From Auanema rhodensis (lineage: Eukaryota > Animalia > Nematoda), in the NCBI GenBank assembly GCA_964057225.1, contig OZ059897.1:11904001-11968000 (forward strand): a stretch of 64,000 nucleotides of DNA. The letters are read 5' to 3'. The notes beneath the pieces were generated by a model that was given only the letters and a program-made list of their open reading frames with translations, ran no database searches and was not told the origin of the DNA. The first letter of the stretch is position 1; every line of letters starts with the position of its first letter. The position numbers and the translations under genes are program-made. Below are positions 1 through 26,400 of this stretch, one piece after another.

Positions 1-28
1 ATTAACAAACTCATTCTTCATGTTTTAG

Positions 29-1202
29 CCCGGTTTTCAACGAGTCTACATGCCAGCTTTATGGATCTTTAGACATGGCCTTATCTTTGGGGCAAATTGT
101 AACTGCTTGCACAATTGCTTTTGATCGTTATATATCCACCATTTCTCCAAAATGGGGTTTGTTCCTCAAAAAAAAACATTTATATGTATTATTCTATTTT
201 AGGAAAATGGAGATGTCATGGTAATTACATAAAACTTATCTGTGTAATTCTGCTAAGTGTTGCTTTATGGAGTCTTGTACCCATATTTGGATATGGTAAA
301 TATGATCTCTTCTTAGATGGTCAATTCTGTTCATTAGATTGGAAACAGGTAAAAAAACAGCTAAACTTATATTCCATAATTAATATTATTAGGGAGATAT
401 CGATGACTCTTCGACGAACACAGCGAAAGAACAAGCTCACCGATATATTGCATTTCTTACCGCTACCTGTTTGGTTTTCTTTCTGATTCCCGTGTGCATT
501 GCCTCTTCATTCTATTATAGTGTCATTGATCATGTTGAAAGGTTTCAATTCATGTTAAATCCGTAAACTTCCTCCTTTTTTTAGATTGAACTCTTCCGAA
601 ATCAGAGAAGATACGAACCTCAATTCTCCAACATCAAAGTGCCCTTGGGCTTTTCAGAACCATGTTGCAAAAGTATGAATGAAAATTTATTAATTAAATA
701 AGTATGTTATTCAGGTCGGTCTTGGTTGTTTGTTATCGTCTACAATACCTTACTTGGCATATTCAATAGTTTGTTTAAATCCTATGAAATCGGACTTTCG
801 AAACGCCAGTTATGTGGTTGTCCCAGTAATTGCTAGTCGTTTTGCTCCACTTCTAAATCCCATCATGTATATATGGTAGAGTTTTTTATATTTGTGATAT
901 TTAACAAAGCTTGTTCAGGCTGAATTCAGAAGTTGTACCAATTGATGCATGGATAGCTGAGAAATGGGCCAAGCCCAAACCTAGAGCATCCAGTGCTCGG
1001 AACTATCAAACTATTAGCCTTATGATGAATGTACCAGGCGTGACGTTTCCAATTTTAACTCCTTCTGTGCCTAGAAGACAACTACCAAAAGTAATTCACT
1101 ATATAATGTTTAAAATTAACATTTTTCTCATTTAAGATTCCTCCGCATCTGGTGTCGCCTTCAAAAAGACCTAGTATTTCGTTTTTCGATGAACAACAGT
1201 GA
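29..1202 (+). CDS. sro-1: Opsin-like rhodopsin-family GPCR (nemopsin / SRO-1-like), 5' end outside window, multi-exon
   Basis: Spliced exons give TM3 CQLYG...IAFDRY, EL2 FGYGKYDLFLDGQFCSLDW and TM7 VVPVIASRFAPLLNPIMY. Stop TGA at 1200-1202; AATAAA at 1210. Arg codon 838-840 sits at the K296-equivalent position, as described for nematode opsins. Confidence 0.8.
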
Positions 1203-2150
1203 ATGCTGCAATAAATGATTTTAAAAATTATGTTATTAAAAACTTCACGGGTCCTAGTCTTGATTAGAAAATATATTTACTATTTTGCTTCATTTGTGTT
1301 CTTACGGCTAGTTTTGCATTTTATGTAATTGTGTGAACATTTTGTTCGTCAAACGGATAATAAATTGTTATTAGATTGCTAACTTTGAACAATTTTATAC
1401 TATAAGTACAATCAAAAACATCGAAACATTAACTCACGATCACACGATTTGTTTTTCTTTTGTTATCTTTCTTTTCTTTTTTTCATCGTTTCCTCCTTAT
1501 CTGAAGAAACAATGTCTTAAAATAGTATGAATAAGTAAAGGCATGCTTCAGTTCATTCATTAAGGTCCATCATATATTCTATAAGGGTTGATGGAAAGTT
1601 TTCAGTATATACTAAACCAAAACAGACGAGAAAATTTTTTTCTTTTACATCCTTGCTTAAAATAACAAATTCGTAATAATATATAATTGTACGAAAGAAT
1701 AGGCTAAATAAAGTTTTATTCGATTTTTCCATTTATCATATTTATCGTCGATTTTCTCTGTTTTACTATTATATTTAAGGATTGAATAAAAATTAAATTG
1801 ACAATTTGAACTGACATGAACATATTATTGAATTCAATTAGCAATTAGAAGTCATTATCGATTAACATTTCTAAAAGCTTTTCTCAATAGTGTTTGCATT
1901 TGTGCAGCCCGTAAATACTACAAGAATATTACTAAGATGCCCTGAACATGCGTTGAAATGTGCGCTACGTTGATAACAGACCTTTAAAAAAAGAAAAATA
2001 TTCGAAACTCTAAATTTCGCGGCTTTCAATAAAAACTTTCTGTTTTTTTCTGTGGCTATTTGTAATATTTTAATTTGTCGTGATTAAAGCTGAATCTTGA
2101 ACAAGTATTAATAGAGGTTTCAATTCGGATCATTTCTAGATTGTTGAAAA

Positions 2151-2926
2151 ATGGCAAATACCAATGTTTTTTTGTTTTACCCTAACTTAATCGGATACGC
2201 CCGTATTGCTCTCGCTATTTTCTCATTTCGATATATGCTAGACTCTCCTATTCTTGCAATGCTTTGGTAAGTTTTTATTTCATACTTATAATTTCACAAC
2301 TTTTTATTTTAGCTATGCACTAAGTGCAGGGTTGGATGCTTTTGATGGTTGGGCAGCTCGAACTTACAACCAGAGCAGCCGATTTGGAGCTATGCTTGAT
2401 CAACTGACTGATCGTTGTGCATTGATGGCTATATGTATGGCTCTTTGTCATCTTTATTCGAATTGGATGTTCTGGTTTCAAGTTAGATTTTAGAATATTT
2501 CCTACACCAATTCAAATTTTCAGATGAGCGCTGTTATTGATATTGCATCTCATTGGCTTCATCTTCACGCCACTGATATCTCAGGAGCAACAACTCATAA
2601 ACAAGTTTCTCTTTCAGCTGAATACGAATAATAATTTTATTCTTCAGAGCTCCAATCCTGTTCTTCATCTCTATTATACTAGTCGTTCATTCCTCGGGTT
2701 TATGTGTGGAGGAAATGAAGCCTTTTACATTCTAATGTACATTCGTGCTTTCTATCCTGGTCCTACCATTTTCGGAATTCACTTTATGTCATATTTGGCT
2801 GCCATAGCTATGCCAATAGCCGTGGTTAAGAGTATAATTTCTTTGATACATTTGGTGACAGCTTCTCAAATGGTTGTTGAGCATGATGTCAAAAAAATCT
2901 CAGAAAAGGATTCTAAACAAAACTAA
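2151..2926 (+). CDS. pisy-1: Phosphatidylinositol synthase (CDP-alcohol phosphatidyltransferase), 4 exons
   Basis: MANTNVFLFYPNLIGYAR... and the CDP-alcohol phosphotransferase motif DAFDGWAARTYNQSSRFGAMLDQLTD; acceptor TTTCTAG just upstream of the ATG. Confidence 0.95.
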
Positions 2927-3005
2927 CTGTATTCATTCCGCAAATCACGTGATATTTTCTATTCATTCCAATATTAATTACGTTTTCAATGAAAAGTGAA
3001 GCATG

Positions 3006-3132
3006 TATAAATAGATGTTTAAGGCTTTAATAATAATATAGTTTTATTTTTCAGTTGTTGATATATGAGCTTGTTTTATGCTGGTTTCTATTTGAAATTG
3101 TTGATGTTTTATACTATTCTCATTATTTCCAG
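3006..3132 (+). promoter_or_regulatory. Operon-type intercistronic region (polyA signal, U-rich tract, trans-splice acceptor)
   Basis: TATAAA at ~3006, then a U-rich stretch, then TTTCCAG at 3126-3132, about 120 nt later and 23 nt before the snrp-200 ATG. Confidence 0.6.
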
Positions 3133-3155
3133 GGCTTATCCCATACAGATCAAAC

Positions 3156-11782
<8,627 letters not shown>

Positions 11783-14283
11783 ATCTCATACATTCGCCTG
11801 AGTTCTGTTGAAATTGGTTAATTGTTATTTCATATTGTGTCTGACGGCTGTTGGGCGTAGTATTGATCTTCATTGTTGGTGGTCTTGGCAAGCTCTTAAT
11901 TAATGAACTTTGTTGAGTAAAATAATGTTTTTGAACACCAATTGTAAAAATGGTACCATTGATTATTTTGTATCTAATAAATCACATTGAAACGGTTTAT
12001 ATTTTTGATAAAGTTGATTTTATGGGCTTCAAAAATCATGTGTCTACACTGTTATAAAGCAGTCTTATGTACTCTATACTTTATGCAGATAGTATATGTT
12101 ATGCGAGATTTTCATTGGCCTCTTCAAACCTACTATTATTATCTTGTTCGTCATCTGTATCCTTCTGTCTCCGTACCATCGTGTTTTACCATTTTCTCTA
12201 CCGACTTTTCTTTCGTTCCTCACTTATCCTCTAGTCTCTTTCATCCTGTGTGGGGGTAACAGCTGTCTCTTATTGAACGGACATGCTTTTCCGCTTAAGA
12301 GCGAAAGATCTGTGAACTAGATAGCTGTGATTTCGTTTATTAATCTCAAGATGTTGGCCGAAAACGTGGCGTTGTTGATCATTTGTATGGGTCATTAGAC
12401 TAGAATGGCTGGAACAGCCATCATCCCGCTCTCACTCATATCGATTGGCTTTCTTCTTCCTGCTGGTACCATACATGACGGCCGTCGAGAGACGTCGACA
12501 TTTGACCAGACTGTTATTGTGTCCTTACCAATTGTGGGCGCACATTCTCTGTTTGTGCTTCGTATTTCCTTCACCATTAATTGACATTCATAATATGTGT
12601 ACTTTTTTTTCAAAAAGTCTTTCCGTGAGTATTTCGGCGTCAGTAACGCTTGCCACGTTTTATTTTTCATTTTCTTCATCAAGAGACCGGTCGGAGAAGT
12701 GACGCAGTGCAAGCGTGAGTTACTTATCCACCAGGTCTAGCTTTGTTCTATTTACAATCTTTATTGATTCTTTATATCTTTTGTCATCTACATTTTATCC
12801 TCATTTTCGCAATTCTCAATTTTAACAAGTTCTTTTACAGAAATATGGAAGAAACTGTACAATTATTTTATTGTGATTAACAAAAGCCATTACTTGCATC
12901 AATATCTCTTAATTTGAGAACAATGTATTTATTATTTAATAATCTTTCAAATAGTTGTGATGATAGCTTACTTCTTCATTATTTCCTTGTGTAATAGTAT
13001 TAATAGATCAAATGAACTATTGATGACTAATGCTTTCTTAACTCGCTTTCTTTATTTTCCTAATAGTATTGGTTTTCTTTCGTTGATTATTCATACTAGG
13101 CCGTTAAGTATCTGAATATAATTTTTAACTAAAATCAATGACTGGTGTTGATGAAAAGATCAATAACCTAGGTGCATTAGTCACTAAAAACCGACAACAT
13201 TTCCCACTAATACTTCGTACCGATACTTGCAATGGCAAAAGTTGAAAATACTTAGCTGAAGAAAATATAGAGGGGGTGTCTGTGTATTTAAATATTCTTT
13301 ATTGAACACTGAAATTGTTTCACATCTATGAACCTACTGGTTTTACATGAATCAGTATGTTTTTCTCTTCACTATGAGTCATCTTCTTGAAATTTTGTCA
13401 TTTCGTTTTTCCTAATATTTTTCTTCATCTCCGTGCAATATATTTCAATTGTTAAGCTTATATTTACTCCTTACTTAGGTTTAAGTAACTTTTATGGCGT
13501 TTGTCATATATTCTTTCTTTTGCTTTATTAGCTTATAATTGTCTAGTCCTAGTACTGATGATGAACGATAAGAACAGTCAATTTACCGAGTTTGAGTGAA
13601 TTCCAACCCTCTAGCATGTGTAAATATTGGTCTGCCTGCTTCTTCTTGTTTGTTAATGTTCACATTTTCTTCTTTAATAGATATACTTCACAGGACACTC
13701 TACGCTTACTCTTCCTTGTATATTGATATTGTTTTTTCCTATTCATATACTTATAATATATCTATCTATTCTCATTCTTCAATTTAAAATTTTTTTCTTA
13801 TCTGTGCCTTGCCCATGTAGATAAGATGGGTCGATATCTTCGCACCTGAATGTGTACTAGGTTGCTTTTACTTATCTTTTGTTTAATACGAATATTAAAA
13901 CGTCAGTTGTTATTATGTAGTTCATATGTCACCTTCAATGGTAAGATGATGGACAAGCTTTTAGCATATCCAATAGCATCAGGTGGTTGCATTTCCGTTT
14001 TCTAAAATATTGTTCTCAACTTGCTTTGATTAGTTTATTTCGCTTTCTCGGATTGTAAACCTCTTGTTTCATCCTCTTGAAATGCATGAACTACTAAACT
14101 AGACCAGAATTCGTTATTTCTCAACGTGTAGTGCATATCGATTCCATAAGTTACACTTTCAATTTAATTTCCTTTTTTGTGTTATTCGCTTTTTATTTCT
14201 TTTTTTGTTTTAGGCTCACCATACATTAAACCGAATTTTAGTAGCAAAGTTCTGAAAATAGTATAACTTACTTTTACTTAAAA

Positions 14284-19515
<5,232 letters not shown>

Positions 19516-22500
19516 TGGAACAATCAGTCATATATCGTTAGTACAGTTGGTGTAAATTATTTAGTCCATTAGTTGCTAGATTATTAATTTTTCCTTATTT
19601 AATATAAGGCGTCTCGGTTTTATATCATCATTACATGTCAAATTCTACGTGTTGTTTATTTTATACAATTTGGTGAATATTAGCATCTAACTTTACTTCT
19701 TTGTTATTAATAATACTCATATTTTTTGAATTATTGTGGTAGTAGAGAATATCTCCTGTCGTGTCTTCCATTCCTCATATGGCAAGTACCTTAAATAGCT
19801 CATCGTCTGATATCATTTCAACCGCCTCATGTATGTCGCACCTTTTTTCTTACATGTTCTTCATGTTTCCGGTTGTCAATTGTAGAACAGCTTATTAGGT
19901 CGTCATAATATTCTTTCTGCATTTAGAATAAGCATCTGACTTTTCATCTTTTTCTTACATATCTTGAATTAATTTAAATAGCTTCAGTCGTGAGAATTTT
20001 CTGCTTTGTCCTTGCCTTTCATTTCAAATTTTTTTTATCATAATGTAAGGTTTTTTCATATCTCAAACGAGAAACTCGCGTTTGCATTCAATATAAAACT
20101 ACAATAGCGAATGAAGTATCGTGGAATAATTTTATTTTTCTTGTTAGATACATCGTATTACTTTCAATAATGCTATATATTTGAGAAAAATTTGAGATGA
20201 AAAGAGTCTTCTAGTTTTATGGAAGTTGAAGCTTAGGACTGGTTTTTGTTTCTAATGAGAAAGTTTGCCATAAAGCAAAAGAAAATCAGGAACATTTGGA
20301 ATTCAACGACACAATAGTTCAAATTATTTCATGTAGTATGCAAACGTTTAAGTATAGAAAATGTAAAATGTTGTTTCATTCATGAATATCTGGTAATACA
20401 CATGTTTTGCTATTTCTTTTTTTTATTTTGAATGAGATAGTTACAAGTAGATTCAAATCATTGAATACATATGTAATATAAATAAGAAATCTACAGACCA
20501 GAAGGTAAATTTGAATAGCAGATTATAATTATAAAAGAAATAATATTTGTTTTACTATTATTCAATTGTGTTATTTACTTTCAGAATAGATATATGCATG
20601 CAGAGTAGTTGCCTATCCGCATAAGTTAAGATGTATCTTTGTTCTATTTACTATTTTCTATTATATGTATATATATATATAGATATAGATAGATAGGGAG
20701 ATGATTAAAGATTATTTCATTCATGAAAACCTTATTATATATAATTCGGGTGATTGGATCACTAATGATCATCACATGATAAAACTGTTTCGATGTATTA
20801 TAACTTATCTATTTTCATCAAAATGTACTATAAAAGAAAAAGAATCGTTTATAAATGAAATAAAATGTTTATTATATCGAATTTGAAAATGAAAACTAAA
20901 TTTAAGTTTTTTATAATAATTTTCATTTTTAAAACTTTCAAAAGAATTTTTTTATTTACAATTTTTAAAGAAATCACAAATACCTGGCTTTGTGTTCAAA
21001 TTAGGCACATTGTTTACATATGAGATACATCTCTAAGTTTTTTCAACTTCTTAGTATATAGTTGTATCTTTATATTTATTATTATTTATAATGTATTTCT
21101 TTGAATTAAAGATATAATTTTTTGAAAATTGGAATAATTTATCAATACTCGATGTGAACAATAAAATGGGAAAAATGAAGTTTTAATACAAAAAAATAAT
21201 ATGAAATAGTTAGCTTTTTTACGTGTACAACAGTGCTACTACACACAAACACACACAAAGTATAAAAAAGAATGAAGAATATTGTATAGCTAGAGAGAGA
21301 AAGAGAAAGAGAGAGAGAGAGAGTGGCAGGAAGAATAAGGTGAAGATACGAGAAAAGATGAAGAGAGGGAGAAAAACGAAAAAAAAATGAGAAAAAGACC
21401 GATAGATAAGCAGTTCATCTCTACATTTGAAAGGAGTACCCAGTTACTAACTGTATATTACAGTTTGCCTATAAAAACAACAATCAATTAGGCAGTGTTT
21501 AACACTGGTAAACTTAAAAAGAAGGGAATCAGCTAGCATAATCAACAATATAACCGATTTACAATAGGTCCCCTTATTCAGATAAGGAAACACTCATTAA
21601 AGGCTTTGTTTCATAAAGAAATAACAATCTGAGAAGCCTTTTGAAAGATTCAACTTTTGAATTCTGGCAATTTAATCCAAATAGATAAAAACTTTAAAAT
21701 GGGAAAGGAAGGGGGCAGAGGAAGGGAAACAGAAGAAGGGATGTTGGGTATATGAAAAAACTACACGTAACAAGTAGACTATCCGAAGCATTGTAAATTG
21801 AAAAGCAAATGATTGGTCTCAAAATGTTGAAGAAAATGCTTAGAATTACTTAATAAAAAGGAATGAGGGGAGGGGGGAAGGATTGCAATTAGAGTGCAAA
21901 GAAACTGTTGGAATCAGCGCCTAATACTTGAAAAGGACTTGAGAAGAGATTGCTTGTAGGGCATGGGTAGAAGATTGTCGCTGGGCGACGACAGTATGAT
22001 GGAACAAATACATAGAATACGGAAAACATGAGGAAGCACACAGATAAACAGGAGATTTGAAAGATGTTAAGAAGAGTGACTATAAACGAGAAAAAATTAA
22101 GGGGGAGTGGAGGGGGGGGGTGGTAGCAAGAACAGAAGGAGCGAGATCCATAAGGAAATCCAATCAGAAAAAGCAAATTAACTTCATAAATTTTCAACTC
22201 TACATATGAAAAAGGAGAAATATATAGATAAATCCTATCAAATTTAAATTGTTTCTTTAGAATATGAATAAATTATAAAATTAAAGTATATAATACTAGA
22301 AAAGGAAGTATTTCTAATTTTTAATGATGGCAAGTAAATTATAAAAAAAATAAGAAAATGGCCTATGAGATTAAAGTTTAAAATAGGTATAATATTATAT
22401 TTTTAAAATCATTTTAATATTTAAATTGATGACGTTAATTTTCATTGAAAGGAAATCCATGCTCAACCAAAATGCCTTTACTATATCGCCTGATTACAGC

Positions 22501-23490
22501 ATTATGTATAATACCCTGCGTACGTTCAACAAGTTATTTTTTTTTAAAACTTTTTTTCAAAAAAAAAATAAAACAAATCTATTATCTAATTTAGTTTTGG
22601 ATAATCCAAAAATAAAAGTTCTTAATTTAGATAATTTGAACCGCGTCTTAATGTACACATAATACAACATAGCTTATAAGTTGAAAAGTTAGAGATATTT
22701 TAGTTTTTTTTAAACTTTTTGAAGAAAATTGCAAAAAAAAGAAAAAAATATATTAGCAAATAAGATATCAATTTTTCTATTTAATAAGACAAATAAAATA
22801 TTTTTTCTTTGTCATATCATCAAATGCTTATATTTTTTTCTCTTTTTCTTTGTCGTCTTCTTCATTTTCCCCTCTCTCTTTCTCTTTTTTCTCTCTACCT
22901 TTCTCCCCTTTCTCTTTATAAAAGGTTGGGCAGTATTCATATTGGTTTGTGGGCAATATAGTGGATTTGAAGAGGAAAAAAAGGATAGATGGATGAAAGT
23001 TTCCGTATAATTTTCAATAAAAAAATAAAAAATAGCACAACTCTAAATGCAATCTAGGCTCAAACTGATTACTACATATACTGTGTTCCCGTCGTAATAA
23101 AAACACAGACAACCTAATCAAAAGAAGACAGTAAACGATATACCGGCCAGCCGGCTTAACAAAAACATGATAACATCTAGTTCAGATTCATGATTAAGCT
23201 TAATCAGAAATATGCTCTCAACTATTCTTTACTTCAAATTTGAAAAAAAAATCAAAGAAGAAGTGGAAGAAAGACTAAGCAAGCACACTCCGCAAAGCTT
23301 GTTATCTTGAAGTAGAATTATCGTTAATCATGTCAATGACGCCAATGCTCTTTTGACTACGTCATCCAGAGGTTGGAGCTCCGCGAGTCCCTTTGAAAGA
23401 TCTGGGTACCAATGAGGGGGGCCAGGCCCCGTTACGGGCAAATGCGGTTATACTATATAAGCTTAGGACATATATTTTAAGTTAAATAGG

Positions 23491-26400
23491 CTAGTAAGCT
23501 GGTTTCATCTGGTTAATGATGCTATTGGGAAACTGTTGATGAGCTGCCGAACCGCCCTGTTGGGTATAGCGTTGAATATTTTCCAACGGTGTAATCATAT
23601 TAAAGCTGAAAAGTTTAAAAAAATATTGATAGGTTGAAGAAATAGTTTGAACATACCCAGTCGGCCTTTCTGTGGATTTGATGTTGTTCTGATATTCAAA
23701 ATATGTTCTGGGATTTCGGAAATGGAGCAGCTGAGTGAATGCAGAGTTTGGAATTCCAGAATTGTATGGATTCGTTTGATTAGCAACAGAGACGCTGTTC
23801 ATCATAGCTTGATTCATTTGACCTGAAAATAGTAAACATATTGTTTTTTCTTTTTGTAGGAACAAAACTACAGTAATCTCGAGATACTGTAATTGTAGTT
23901 TTAAACCATTTTTGAAAAATGGAAAATAACCGAGAATAGAAGAATCCCTCAAGTTAAAACGTTGCTTGTACTTTCAGTTTCCTCTTCTCACGATCAAAAA
24001 ATGACTGGACTTGCGCGACGGGTGTGTTTCACGTCTGCACTCTCTATTGGCTGCTGGTTTCATTCGGTAACTATCGTACTCTCATCAGACAGCACACAGT
24101 CTAGACATTCTGTCGGATTGGCTGTCTGGCTCTCTGTCTGTGTTTGGTTATACAAAACCAGGTCAACTTCTAGCAATCATCAGTTAGAGTCTACAGAAGA
24201 TGAAGAGAAGATGGGGACAATGAAAGCAATGTCCCTCTAATTCCCTTTTCCCTCCCACCTAAACATACTCTCTATCTTTCTTTCGTTTTTTTGCTTCTCC
24301 TTTCCCTTTTTCAGATTCCGGAACGAATAGTGCATGCTAAGGGATCTAGATAGAATATCAGATAGTCAGACAAACAGAGAAAGAGAGAAAGAAAAAGAGA
24401 AGAGTTAACGAGACATCGAAATTTTATAGTTGTCACTGTACGTCGAACTGTAAAAAACCGCTGGCGACGACAATCACTAGGCTTTCGAACCCCCCAACAT
24501 TGCCATCGATTTAGCCGGTTTTAGGTCTTCAAAGAGAAGGAAACAAAAACGAAATCGAAAGGTAATTAAGGAAGAAACTTATGTTGCTTCGGGCAAAAAT
24601 TAAAAAAAAAAGGATTATAACGTTTTTTTCTCGGTTTCATCCTACTCATTCACACCCTCCTTCTCTTTTAGCTATTAGTATAAAATAATTCATAGAATAT
24701 AGCCTATAATTAAGAATTAAATATAATTACTTACTCAATGCAAAGTTTTGAGCATCATGAGATTCCGTCATTCCGGGTACAGCAGGGTTCCATAAATCTA
24801 GTTGTTCGGAACTAAAATCATTATTACGGAAACTGTAATTTTCTAGTTTTAAAAAAAAAATGTTTAAATGTAATACTTCATTCCAGACGTCCGAGTTCGG
24901 TCAGAATGCTTTGTCATGTGCTTCTGGAGATACGTGGCTTGAGTGTATGATTTTCCACAGAATGGGCATATATGAACCTAAAATATAAAATTTTAATTTA
25001 TATAATTATATATAACAAACCTTAAGATGTTTTGATTCTTTATGCTTTGGAATATGATCCAATAAACTTTGTTCATCAGCAAAACATTTATAACAACTAA
25101 AAAATTATTAAATTATATGTATAATTAATATTTTTTTAAAAATATGTTCTACCTATTGCACTTATATGGCTTATCAGTTTGATGACATCTTGAATGAGAC
25201 TGAAGATTACTTAATTGACTAAATGCTTTTTCACATCCAGTGAATTTACACTATAAATATTATTATATTATATATTATTCTATATAATTATTGAAAACCT
25301 TATATGGTTTTTCTCCTGTATGTGTTCTTATATGTTGTTGTAAATGTGACAACTGTGTGAACTGCAAATAATTATTTTTACTTTTCTTTTTGTCATTTTT
25401 CCATTGATTTCAATCAAAATGGCCCTTTTTTTTGCAATTGGCTGTCTGAAGGATATAGATTTCCAGATGAGTTGAGAAAAAAAAAGATGAGGAAATATAA
25501 AAAATGAGAGGGTGGATTGAAAAAAGGGGTTATAGATGATTCACAAAAAAATACAAAGACCTTGAGCCCGCAGGCAGAAACCGGACTAACCGGCGCATAA
25601 AAAATATCTAACAATCGTCGAAAAAACGACTGGCGATCAAAAGTACTACAGGAAATGGAGAGAGGAGAAAGAAACCCAAATAGATGGAAAAGGAGGACTG
25701 AGGCGGACGTACTTTACTGGAAAAGCGATTTGATGGTTGTTCTAATGACCCTGTCCATGTCTTCTAGTTAGCAGATGGATCACTTTCTATGCCTTAATAC
25801 GGTAAGGCTATAAGATTCAAAGTGATGGGAACACGGAATAAGTGAAAGTTACGGTATCTTTCGCCCGTCTTTCTTTAGCATTTGAAGGATTGCTAGGTTA
25901 TTCCGTATTCAAAATCCTATTTTAAATCATTTGAATTGATATTTTATTTGAATTATACCATACTTTCTTCCTCACAATTGAGTTATTCAAACCGTGATGT
26001 CTCTTCTAAATAATTTTACAAAGAAAGTTACAAAAAAACTGAGAGGCGTGACGAGAAATGTAAAAAGAGATTCAGATTAGAAAAAAAATGAAGAGAGTCT
26101 CAATGTCTTATACTCACTTTTCTTTTTTTTTGTTTAAAAATATTTATTTGTTTCTTTTCACTTCTTCTCCCTTTTCTCTCTCTCTCTCTCTTAGTGCTTC
26201 ATACATACACACACCCTTAGTTCTCCTTTTCAATCTTTTCGAAACTCGGAAATGTTGCGAAGAGAGCTGTTTTTTGCGTTTGCTAAACAAACTTGAGCAG
26301 ATCTCCTTTCTATTTCTCTCTTTTCCTGTCATGCACTCTAGATGAACCAAAAAACGTCTGGGCTAGCTAAGAACTGAGTGAAAGAAAGTGCCTACATTCC

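Noticed and set aside
25595-25604. Hunchback-type GCATAAAAAA site
   Set aside because: A single A-rich match in a highly A-rich region is uninformative.
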